Shown piece after piece: positions 25,548 to 37,772 of a stretch of DNA of 64,000 nucleotides (positions are counted from its first letter, which is position 1; every line of letters begins with the position of its first letter). The notes beneath the pieces were generated by a model that saw only the letters and a program-made list of their open reading frames with translations, did no database searches and had not been told where the DNA came from. This DNA comes from Vicugna vicugna (taxonomy: Eukaryota): contig MU058540.1 in assembly GCA_013265495.1 (NCBI GenBank), positions 1,141,696-1,205,695 on the forward strand. The letters run 5' to 3'. The translations under genes and the position numbers were made by a program.

Positions 25548-28404
25548 TATGTGCACTTTATTGTATGTCCATTATACCTCAACAAAGCTTCAAAAAAAAG
25601 TGAAAGAATAAAAATAACACAAACTCCTTGACTTGAAGGAAGACCCAGGCTTCTCCAGTTCCTCTGTGGGACCCCGCCTGGGCCAGCAACCATTATTGCC
25701 TCATGCTGTTTCAGTCCAAACTGTAAGATTCAGCTCAGATGATCACAGTGACCCACCATGGGAGGATTTTCTCTTGATAATGCTTGCTCCCCCTTCTCCC
25801 CAGAAGCTACCAGTTAAGTTCCAACCATAGCCGCCGGGCAACTTACCATACAGTGTATGTTTCTAGGTCTGCTCCCCTAACTCTGGCAGAACCTCCACAG
25901 TCAGGTGTCACAGGCACTTTTGCATTCCCAATTTAGGCTCCTGCAAAGATTTTTTTGGCTTGGGTTTTTTTTTTTTTTTTCCTTTTTTTTTTGCATCAGT
26001 GTTCTTTCTACAGAAAGGGACAGCTTCCCAGAGATAGCTCCTTCCAGGACATCATTCATGCAGTGAACAATTACAAAGGAGCTACTGTGTGGGGCACTGA
26101 GCTAGGCCCCCAGAGCGAGGCTGTGTCAGACAGAAAATGGACAAGTGTCTGAGTAGTTCCCACACGGCCTGCTAAAGCTAAGAGAAGAGGAACACCTAAC
26201 CAGAATTTGAAGTAGGGTGAGTTCTGTCAGGAAAGGTGATACTTGATCTGAAGAATGAACAAGAGCCCCAAGTGGGTGATGGTGGGAGACTTTCCCCGTG
26301 TATAGAACACCTCATGCAAAAAAAAAAAAAAAAAAAAATGCCTGAAGCTGAGAAAGAGCATAAATTGTGCTGGATTCTGGAATTTGGAACCTTGTGTTGG
26401 TAGGCAGATGTGAAACTGTGATGGACCTGTTAGGCCATGCAAGCATTCTGGCATTTGTCTAGATTCTAGAAGACTCTAGAAGGCAACATGGAATTTTCAA
26501 AGGACTTTAAGATGAGTACCTCATTCACATGTTTCGGAAAAACAACAGTGGCTCAGGTGTACAGAGTACTTGAAATCAGGGCAAAGCTAGAGGCAGGGTA
26601 CCTCTTAAGGAGGGACTGCATTGGTTGTGAGGAAGTTAACGGCAGCACAAAGCAAGGTGGAAGAACGGGCTGAGGCAGGAGGATCTTTCCCTTCTTACAC
26701 AGTATTTGACATTATATGCTCAAAATATAGCTTTGGTTTTGTTTTCCTAACTAGACAGTGAGGTCCTTGAAGATAAATTTTGAGCCTTCTGTTTCCCAGA
26801 GCACTTAACAGCACTGATCCCTGAGCAGCTAATCAATGATTATTGATTGGCAAGGGCTATTCAATCTACCAAGGCAGGGGGAGGGGGCGAGCAGACAGCA
26901 AGAACCACCTTCAACTGCCTACCGAGTCCCCAGGTAATCCTAGAGAACACATCCTAGAACTAATTTAAATCATGAGGGAAAGAGCTGGCAAAAAGCCCTA
27001 GCTAAAAAAGCGACGTTTTAGGGCCAGAAAATCACCAAGGCTATCGAAGAAACCCATCTATTTGCTCACTGGCCTTGGTGGGAAACAGAAAGGCTGGGAG
27101 CTGACGTTTCACAGTAGAATCCAGGTTAAACAATCACAAGGCGTGCGAACACAGGCAAACCACTTGACATCACTCGAGCCAGGAAAAAAATTGGATAAAA
27201 AGCAATCTTTGGCAAGGCAGCCAAGGCCGCTCTGAAACACATTCCCCAAACACCACCTCTTTCTGCCAAAGAAAGCTTCTACTTATTGGTGGTTCAGAAT
27301 ACAAAGCTCACCTCCCAGGACTAAGTGCACATTCAGGGCTGCTGTCGGCTGCCACCTTGTGGCCTAAATTATAACTGCATGTCAGGACTGAAATAAGAGT
27401 TACAACTAGCTCAAAACCACTTGCACAGATCAGGATTTTTGTTATGAACTTCACTTGGCTAATTATCATTCCTTTCCATACAATGCTTGGCCCATAGTAT
27501 CCCACAAACATGATTCCCAAGTTCCCACATGCCTTAAGATCCACTTCTATTGGTTATCTGTCTTGCTGGTTTTCCTTAGCTCGGTGGACCTGCTGGTTAG
27601 CCGAGCTGCTCCATCAAAAGCTTTGACCCCTGAGCACGAAGTGCGTATGTACAACCATCAGCAGTCATGGTTTGACCTGCAACCCAGTAAACCGGCCTGC
27701 AGGCTTGTGCCTGAGTTCATTGGGCTGCTCCTTCAAGGCCCACTTCCTAGCACTGTGCCAGGTATACGGTGTTTATAGTGCAGGACCACAGAAATGGTCC
27801 CATCAAACCCCTCTGGTACTTATACCAAAATGGCACTTGGCCCAAAGGGGAAACTCTCGACATACTGTTCTTGTCCATTTACTCATGCCATAGGCTGGGT
27901 CACCACTGACAGGCTCCAGGAAAACTGGACAGCACACTTCCCCTTTTCAAGGAGCCCTGAACAGCAAGAACTCTCAATTGTCTGGTGGTCTTCTGATTAT
28001 GGAAAGATAAAAATCCCAGGGGTCTTCAGACAGCTGGGCAGTCCCTTTAAGATGTTCCTTCCTGTGCATTGTTTTCCCCCTTGATTCTTGTAACCCCTGC
28101 ACTTTGAAAATTAGTCATTCTAGAACCAACATAATAGCAACTTTCCCACCGTGCAGAGCTGAGCCAGCATGGCTGGTCTGGTGAAGATGCCCAGCTTTCC
28201 AACCACCTCCCAGAATGGAAACCACACTGGATATGACTCTACAGGGAGGCTTGTGCTGGAAGAATGACGGCCTAAGTCAAAGCCAAGTATTGCAGTTCTA
28301 ACAGCAATCAGTGATGTCACCCTGGATAAGGACAACTCCCAAAACTAATCCAGTCTTGTTCCATTTACATTCTTATCCTTAAACTGTTCTGTTCAGGCTA
28401 CATA

Positions 28405-28456
28405 ATGCAAACAAACAGGGCACACAAGATTAATCTTTTCTGGCTACAGGTTTATT
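28405..28456 (-). terminator. RPS10: RPS10 polyadenylation signal and downstream GU-rich element
   Basis: AATAAA at 28456-28451, 25 nt after the stop, followed by TCTTGTGTGCCCTGTTTGTTTG. Confidence 0.9.
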
Positions 28457-28481
28457 CAACACAAAACTATCTCTTCCAACT

Positions 28482-28523
28482 CTACTGAGGTGGCTGACCA
28501 CGTCCACGACCAAATCCGCCTCT
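28482..28523 (-). CDS. RPS10: RPS10 exon 6 coding part (RGGFGRGRGQPPQ*)
   Basis: CAG acceptor at 28526-28524; 42 nt ending in TAG. Total CDS 498 nt = 165 aa. Confidence 0.99.
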   Translation of the reverse strand, partial: RGGFGRGRGQPPQ

Positions 28524-29319
28524 CTGCAAGAGAAAGCACATGATGTCAACATTAGCAGTATGCCAGGCAACAAGCCTCATTATCACTGGAGAGGACCCCA
28601 AATGTAAAGGCTGAGTCCAGGCCATAAATCCCACCCTGTCTCCTATTGGATATGGGGCCACATCCACCTCCTATGCCCGTTTTCCTCACTGGGAATACGG
28701 ACACCCACTCAAGAGTGAGCTCATGTATATACACACATGGAAGCACCTGGCACGAGGCACAATCTTGTGCCTGCCACACATATCTCCTTTTCACAAACAA
28801 GACCTCAGAGAACAATCATGTACTGTGAAGACCTGCCACAGGACAGTAGCTACCCCCATGGTGATACACCGTCCCTGTGCTGAGCACTTTACCCGGATTA
28901 ACTAATCTCACAATAACCTTGTGATAGCTAAGACCATCAGCTCTACTTTATAGATGAGGAAACTGAGGCACATATAGGCACCTGCCCAAGATCACACCAC
29001 CTGAGGTAGAGAGCCCACTCAATCTCCAGTGTTCAGTTCTCAATCCTAAATTTTGGTTCATGAAACTAATCCAGGGGTGTTACGATCACTAATGAAACAG
29101 ATACCTCATGGAGAATCTGTGCGACTCACTTCAGTAATTTATATATATATATTTACAGAAGTCTGCATACTGTGGCTTAATGTAAAAACCTATTTGGAAT
29201 TTTGGTGGGGGGGAGGGGGAAGAGAGGTGAGACCCACACTATACTGCATCCCTCTATGTGCAACCTCAAGGGCTGGGACCAAACAGTGACTCTAATGAAG
29301 AGCAAAAGAGGATACTTAC

Positions 29320-29375
29320 AAACTGGAATTCGGTTGCTGACCCGGCCCCGGCCTCGGCTTTCTTGTCAGCACCAG
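29320..29375 (-). CDS. RPS10: RPS10 exon 5
   Basis: 56 nt, CAG|...|GTAAGT; (P)GADKKAEAGAGSATEFQF; ends in phase 0. Confidence 0.99.
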
Positions 29376-29799
29376 CTGGAATGAGAAACATCGACGTAGA
29401 TTCTTACGATCTAATTTACTACAGAACAAGGGCAGACAAGTCACCTGATCCAATCTTGCAGAAAAAGCCATGTCAGCAAAGATACCCCATGAAGTACAAG
29501 TAAATTACACCCTGCAGTGGGAAAACATCTTCTGAGCCATATTCGCCTCCTCCCTCTCCTGTGGGCAGCCTTCCTTAAGTCACCCTTCAAAACTCACAGT
29601 CCAAACTGTTGGCCCCTCCAGGAAGGCTGCCTTGACCACAAAGTCTGGATTATGTGCCCTTCTTATATGGCTCCAAACTACCCTCACCTAGCTCACAGAG
29701 GGAGCTCAATGAAGGAAGAACTAAGAGATAAAGGGCCCACAGAAGCAAAAAAAGCAATTGTATCACGATCATGGCAAAGTGGCAAACAAGATGAAAGAT

Positions 29800-30030
29800 C
29801 TAGTGCTGTTCTGCCCTGTACGGCAGCCACTAGTCCAAACTGAGATGTGTGCAAAATACCTACCAGATTTCAAAGCTTAAGAGAATGCAAAATATCTCAC
29901 TAACATTTATATGGATTACATTATTAAGGCAACACTTTAAAATATTGGATTAAAAATTAATACCCACATACTTTTGTCTGCTTTAAGTGTGGCCACTAGG
30001 AAATTTTACGACTCACATTTGGGGGACAGG
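29800..30030. mobile_element. hAT-Charlie MITE (MER3/MER33-like) in RPS10 intron 4
   Basis: gcagccactag...gtggccactag inverted motifs and typical internal sequence. Confidence 0.6.
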
Positions 30031-31404
30031 CGGTGGTGGCAGGGGCAAGGCTAACAGTGAATATAGCTTCAGGAAATCTCTCTCAAGTGGGAGCCTCCCT
30101 TTGGCTCATTTCCGACCATACCTGTTGTAGGCTCTGGTCTGCTCCCCACCTCGCCCTTTTGACCAGCAAGCTGCTGCATCTCCATACCAATCTTTCACCT
30201 GAAATGCTCACTCCCTGTCCCACCCCCCTGACTTGGAGACCCAAGGCCCAACTGTCACACCCTCTGGAGAATAATTCTCTGACCAATTCTCCTTAAGGTG
30301 TGACTTCTAGGAAGAGCAACTACTAACTTTCTCTGAACTGAGAACCTGTTTACTGAAGGAATTCATCCTTACTATCCTATACAAGGTATTTAGGTCAAGG
30401 GCTCACTTCTACTTCACATATGAAGAATCAATCAGGCATGACAAAGGAGGCAAGGAGTCAGTCAAGATTCCCTTTTACACCTTGGTTTTATGTGACAATA
30501 ACTGCTTCTGCAACAAGGAGAGTCTCTTTTATACAAGTTGAATGGCTCCCCATCACATTCCAGAGTAATATCCCAAGCCCTAGCCCAGCCCACAGAGCCA
30601 GGAGACCTACATTCTTATCCGACTCTCCCACTATCTTCTACTGTTTAACAAACCAGGTTCCATCCCCACAGGCCCTTCGTCTGGAGTGCTCTTCCCCCAG
30701 GTAGCCTCACCACCTTCACACGTTTGCTCCTATCTCACTTCCACAGGACTTTCCCTGAAAAATCCTACTGAAAACTGCCACACACACACCCCTACTTTAA
30801 TTTTTCCCTGGAGCACCCACACCATGGACATAATACATACTTATTTTTGTTTATCCACTCCTACTACCAAAATACAAGTTCAATAAGAGAAGGGCCTGTT
30901 GTCTCTTATGTACACTACTCCCCTCCTCCCAGCCCTTAGAATCATGTCTGGCACACCATTAACACTCAACATTTGTTGAACACACCTGTTGTTCCAGTCA
31001 ATGCAAATATTTAAAAGCAAGTTTCTGCACTATTTTTGCAGTAAGAAAACAACAAAGGTGATGTGAATGTGCCCTGCCCGCAAGCAGCTTATCACACAGG
31101 AACACAACCACAAAATAACACATTGCTTTCCTAGAAGTTTTCAGTTTTGCTCTAGAGGTTCTCAACTAAAGTCTTCTGTGACCCCAGAGGGCCTTCCTCC
31201 TAGTACCCATTCGTGCATAAAGCAAGAAGCACAAAGGACTCCAGCTGGAGACGATGTGAGATCAAAATCAAAGCTCTTTCCAAAAAACAAACAAAAACTC
31301 AAGGCTCTTTCCTGGTCACCTCGGCATGTCCAAGGGCTGAGCCCCAGCGAGGGCTGAAACCAGAGATCCTACCCCAACACCCGGATAATACACAGGATGC
31401 ATTA

Positions 31405-31506
<102 letters not shown>

Positions 31507-32959
31507 CTATGAACACAGGCCAAAAAAAAACTAGAACTGCTCTCCATTCTCACTGGGCAACAATTTGATTATGATGGGTTAATGGGGACAGGAACTCCTA
31601 CACTCAGAACTGTCAGCTAGAAACTTGCCATCATTGATGTTCTGGCTCCTCAAAGGCCTAGGAAAACTCACCTTAATTAAAATGCCATATATCTGCAAAA
31701 AGATTACTTTCTTGCACTGTATTTCTCAACATAAACACACATTTCCCAATTGCTTGGCAAATTAAGAAACCCAGCCATTTCTACAAACATATGAATAGCC
31801 AAAATTTTAAATATGACCCATCTCTGAAGTGAAAAACTTCCTGTGCAAACAGAAAAGTCATCCTAAGTTGCAAGCCCCATCTCTTTATAAATATATAGAT
31901 GTCACTGAATCCTTTAGTTCCCCTTTGGGCTTCTCTTTTACCTCAATAGGCTGTGGGATATGAAAAGCAGATTTTAAACACTACTTTAAAAAAAAATTCT
32001 CATAAACACTGGAAGGTTCATCTAGTATTCTCTCTACATATTACCCTGGAAATTACTGGGTCCGTATTATTACAATATGAACTTTTTCTGTAAGTAGAAG
32101 AAATAAGATTGAACCTGCAGATAGTAGCTAAATAAATGTGAGGCCCCACCCAAGGCAAATTAGAATCTGTGTGGGAACAAACAGTGGCATCAGCACCCCC
32201 TGCCCTCAGTGATTCCAAGATGCAGTGAAGAACCTCTGCGCTAATTCTAGCTACCTAACCGCCAGAATCCCCTAGGCAGTGGTCATAAAAAACGCAGATG
32301 CCTGTGCTGCATGAAGTCTCTTTCCAGAGAACCTGGACAGTCTAATGATCATGTTTTTAGGAATTTCTGCACCTCATCACTCAAGACTCACAAACTGCTC
32401 CTCCTACAAAGTTCCTCGGACAAGCTTTTTCAGAACCTATGGAAAGGGAACCATAACCTTGACAAATGACCACTATGAGCCAGCAATGATCAGAAGGTAA
32501 TCCCCTCCCCTGCCAAGAAGCATGTTCTTTCACACTATTATGTATTCTACATCCATCCTCCCCTCTTTAACTTCGATTATTTTTGCTCCCATTGCCAAGA
32601 AACTCTAAAAAACTTTCTTTCACATGTGGTCAACAGCTTTGCTCTGGGCTTTTTGGGGATAAGCACTTCTCTCCTGGAAAAATTAGTCAATGCTCCACCA
32701 CATTCATCTGGCCAGAGACTAATATTCCGTATTTAACGCTGTCTCCTGGGATGGCCTGCAGACCAGAGTCCAGTTCCATTACAAGTGCCATGACGGGGGA
32801 CAAAGGTTCTAGGACTTGACCTGAGGTCCTGCATGCCAGAGTCCCTCAAAAGCAATTAATAGTGCGTTAACAAGACCACCTCCACATCCTACACAAAAAC
32901 CCCCACCATTCCACGCATACCCCTCCTCCCTGAAACAATAACTTAAGAGCAGGCCCTCA

Positions 32960-33154
<195 letters not shown>

Positions 33155-33332
33155 CTAAGACAGAAAACTACTGTTAAGACCCAATTAAAGGATTCAAGGG
33201 AGAAATCTAGTGCAAAGGGACGCTAAACTGCACAGTAGACAAGTTTTCAAGGTGTATCTACCTCACTTCCCTTCAAGGTAGCAAGCAGCTCTGGCTGTCC
33301 TGACCTCTCCTTGGAATTTGCCTTGAACGTCA

Positions 33333-33695
<363 letters not shown>

Positions 33696-33879
33696 CTAAT
33701 AGTTTCTAGCTCCCTAATCCACCTTCGAAAAACGACTCAGGTGAGCAAAAAGTTCCCTAGACATTAAAAACAAAACGGGGCTGGGGTGCATACTCGCTCC
33801 AGACTTTCACTCTCACAACCACAAAGACATAAAAGGCGCAGACCCTGTAGGAGTAACTGGGGACCATAAACTCTACCTA

Positions 33880-34670
33880 GCGAGGAACGGCGCGGCGGTA
33901 GTTTCAGGTGCGCGGGGAGGACCCAGAGGAAAGCTCTCAATTCAGGACAGGCCGCCGACCCCAAACCAGAAGGCTAAGGCCTTCGCAGCCTCATCCCCTT
34001 CTACTCTTCCTCCAAACTAGAGCTCCATGGCCAGGCAAGGAGGCAGCTCGGGGTGGAGGTCTGCTCCGAAGGAAAAGCTTGCAAGAGGGGCGCAGTCTCC
34101 GTAGCCTCGGTCGGTTAGTCCCCACCACGCAAGGGCTTCATCCTCCCCTTCTAGGCCCTCCGCTATCAGGACGCCAATCTTCGCCTGCCAGCACCCCACT
34201 TCCCCGTGAAGCGAACCCCTGGCCCCTCTCATTGCTCAGAAATGAGCGTGCGAGGAGCAGGAGAGGGACCTCTCGCGCCAACCCCGGGAAAGCAAGGCGA
34301 CTACGGCGGCGAGAGAGCCAGGATGGGGGCCGATGGAACCCGGACGCCAGAGAAACTCACCGCGACGGCTGTTGCGTCCGGGGCCGGAGCTGGAAAGGAA
34401 AGGGCATGCGCAGCGCAGCGTCTCTTCCGGGCTGCCGTGCCCCGCCCCCTGTCAGGACCCGCGCGCTGCCTGGGCTGGCCTCGGCAGTGCCTGAGGAACT
34501 GGCGGCTCCGTGCGGCGGAGAGCCCTGACTGCCTGGAGCACACGCGCACGGGGAAAGCGCTTCTGGGGACTTCTGACTCAGCGTACTTTGTCAATATACG
34601 GTCACTTTATTCTTGGCCAGGCTCTTTAGAAACTCGCTACTCTTTATTTTCTTCGTTTTCCGTCGTTGAT
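33880..34670 (-). promoter_or_regulatory. RPS10: RPS10 CpG island
   Basis: CpG-rich stretch spanning exon 1 and part of intron 1. Confidence 0.85.
34361..34404 (-). promoter_or_regulatory. RPS10: RPS10 non-coding exon 1 with 5' terminal oligopyrimidine (TOP) tract
   Basis: Minus strand reads CCCTTTCCTTTCCAGCTCCGG...GTCGCG|GTGAGT (donor at 34360). Just upstream are an NRF1-like TGCGCATGCCC and an ETS/GABP-like CCGGAAG (34424-34430). TSS approximate. Confidence 0.88.
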
Positions 34671-35054
34671 CATTTAACTTATTGTGTAAGTAATATATGC
34701 TCTTTGAACGAGGGAAAAGAGAGACCATACAGGCAAAACAGTAATAACAGCAATAGCAATAATTAAATAATTAAATAAATAAATAAATAAAAATAGAATC
34801 CCACCAAGCAAAGAACCGTTATTAACTTTTTCGTACATGTTCTTGTAAACGCACACGCACCCAAGGAAATATATTTTTTAACACAAATGGCATGTTTTGT
34901 ATGTAGGTTACGGTATATTTGGTTAACCTGCTTTTTTTTTTTTTGTTTACCAATACATCATGATTCTCTTTTCATATGAGTTAATACCTGCAATTATAAT
35001 GCCTACGTAGTAGTCCACTGATAGTTTAATCAACACTATTATGACTGCAGAGAG

Positions 35055-35055
<1 letters not shown>

Positions 35056-35102
<47 letters not shown>
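35056..35102. repeat. Compound (TG)n(TA)n microsatellite upstream of RPS10
   Basis: Visible in sequence. Confidence 0.95.
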
Positions 35103-37659
35103 CTTCTTTTTTTTTAAGCCTTCACTATTATAACTAACGAGACCATATACTAATCTGCAGCCTTCTCCAATATTTTCCTGAGGACAAATTCCTAGAAGTG
35201 TAATTGTTGAGTAACAAAGCACACATTTTTAGGTTTTGACACTTGTCACGCTGACTTCCAGGAAGGCATTATCAATTACATTACCACCAAAAGTTACTAT
35301 CAAGGCCCTCTTCTCCATTAACTCTGCTCATATTGGATAATTCTTTTTCATTTCTGTCAATCTAATAGATAAAATATACTAATCTCATTGCACTTTTGAT
35401 TTGCTTTTCCTGATTACTTCCATGTTAAACATTTTTCTTTTCTTTTTAGGCATTTGTGTTCCTTCTTTTATAAATTGTTCTTTTCCATTACCTGTTTTCC
35501 TATGTAGAGTTTTTTCCTTATTGATTGAAGTCACTTTCTACATGTTAAAGTTGTTAACCCTTTGTCACATATTTTTCAAGAATATCCCTGTTTTTTTCTT
35601 TTGTCTCAATTTTCATGGCATTCTGAAGTTTCACGTTTCTTTATATTCAAATCTTTATGGTTTCAGACTTTAGTACAATGCCTAAAAAGTCACGCTGCAT
35701 CTCAAGATTACATAATATTCACATATAGGTCTTTCAAGTATTTTTGTGGTTTCATTATTTAAAAACAAGTATTTTAAAACAAGTTTTGCAGGATGGAAAG
35801 AGTTCTGTAGACTGGTTTACAACAGTGTGAATTACTTGGCAACTACTGAACTGTACACATAAAATAGTTAAGATAGTAAATCTTATGTATATTTTGCCAC
35901 AATTTTAAAAAATATTCATACACATTTGCAGAAACTTAAAATAAAAAAAGCTAGATGGTACAGACAAGGAACAACATAATCTAAGAACTGGTCAAGCAGA
36001 TTTGGAAAATGAAACAAGAAAACTTCTCATAATGAAAACTAAACTGATTGAAACTTAAAACTTAATTTAAAAAAAAAGAATAAACAGATCCAACACACTC
36101 AAGGAGAAAAATCATGAAATGGGAGATAGAAGAAAAAACAATTTTCTCACAGTGTAGCCTAGTGATTGAAAGAGCTGGGATATTTGAGAGAAGGGATTTG
36201 AGCTATGAAGAATAGAGTGAGAAAGGCTTCACACATGTTTGTGTGAAGTCTTACAAGGAAATAATAGAGAATATGAGAAAGAGACACCATCAGAATATCC
36301 TCCAGAATTCTTGAAAGACAACACACTTCAGATTACCTGGGATCATCAAATCCCAAGTTGAATAAATAAAAGCAGATCCATGCCTAAACCTATCATAATG
36401 AAGTTGAAGAACAACAAAGATAAAGAAAAGATCTTAAAAGCAGCCAGCAGGAAAAGACAGCTGTGACCACTCCCTTCCCAGTAGCAACACTGGAATGCAG
36501 TCCATTGAAATATCCTCTTCCAGGTCTCTTCCCTGACAGTGGCTTGAGTGATCCTGCTACAACATCAGACCATGTCACTCCCTTGCTTAAAACCATCCAA
36601 CGACTCTCCTGCTCACTTCTGAAAATATTCAAGGTCTTTATGTGACTTAAGTTTTTATGTTTAAATCTCTTATCCTCCTGGAAAGTCTCCTGATGTAAAA
36701 ATTTCCCCTCTAACAGTTAACTGGCATTTCAATGTCATTACCTCAGTAAGCTATGCTTCTGTTTATCTGAAATACTGCTAAATTGTTTAAGAGAGATGAA
36801 TTCAGTTTTAGATTTTGTTGCATTTGTGCCTGTGAGACACAGTGGTGAAAATACTTGGGATAATTTTAAAGAGCTCAGAATGTGTCCTGTAGGAGAGAGC
36901 TGGGTTAGATTAGGTCAGGGAACCATCTAAGACCCTGTGAGGATCTGAGATCACCTAGAGAGGATGTGGAGTGAGAAGAGGATGAGGAAGGACCCCACAG
37001 CACTTCCCAGCGCACCCTTGGATGGTGGCCCTGTGGTGTCTCCATCCCCGGACAGAGCCTTCTCGTGGGCAGGAACCATGCCTTGCTCTTCTCTGTGTCC
37101 TCCCAGCAGTTAACATAACATCTTGCACATGGCTGGGATATTTAATAAATGTTTCAGGAATAAACAGCAACACCATGGTGAGCAGAGGAGATTAGAGGTG
37201 ACTGAGTGAGGAAGGAAGACAAATAATAATAATACCCTCTGACACTTCAAAAGACTTCTCAGATGGCAGTGCATCCTTTCAGCAGTTAGGCACTGAGCAC
37301 CTGGCACTGGGCCAGGTGGTGAGGCAAGAGTGGGGACAGAGACACACATGGACCCCACACTAAGCAACAAATACCTCTATTATGTGCTGGGAGCTATGAA
37401 GAAAATGATCAGGGTGTGGTGAACCAGAGTAATGGAGGAGTCAAGCATGGATTGAGAAAAGGCTGGAGGAAGGGTTCCAGCCCAAGGCTCTGCTGCAGAG
37501 GAGCGCTTGAACAGAAAGGCAGCCAGTGTGGCCGGGACATGTGAACAAGGCGAACCTGGACAGGCATGATGGCCTCAGGCAGGAGGCAGGATTTTATTCA
37601 AAGTGCAATGAAAAGCCATGGAAAGGTTTCAAGCAGTAGTGACAGGATCAGATGTATAT

Positions 37660-37772
37660 GAAGAGGAATATAGGTTTGTACACATATGACTAAAACATCA
37701 TGCTGTACACCAGAAATTGACACAACATTGTAAACTGACTGTACTTCAATTTAAAAAATGGGGGAAAAAAAA
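37660..37772 (+). mobile_element. Very short L1 3'UTR fragment
   Basis: atgctgtacaccagaaattgacacaacattgtaaactgactgtacttcaat plus an A-tail. Confidence 0.75.

Noticed and set aside
15100..28400. Antisense bias of L1s in the RPS10-NUDT3 gap as evidence of readthrough selection
   Set aside because: Orientation is mixed (for example about 16320-16560 and 25091-25284 are sense) and the counts are too small.
33908..34766. 206-aa and 186-aa + strand ORFs across the RPS10 promoter
   Set aside because: GC-rich antisense artefacts with no recognisable domain.
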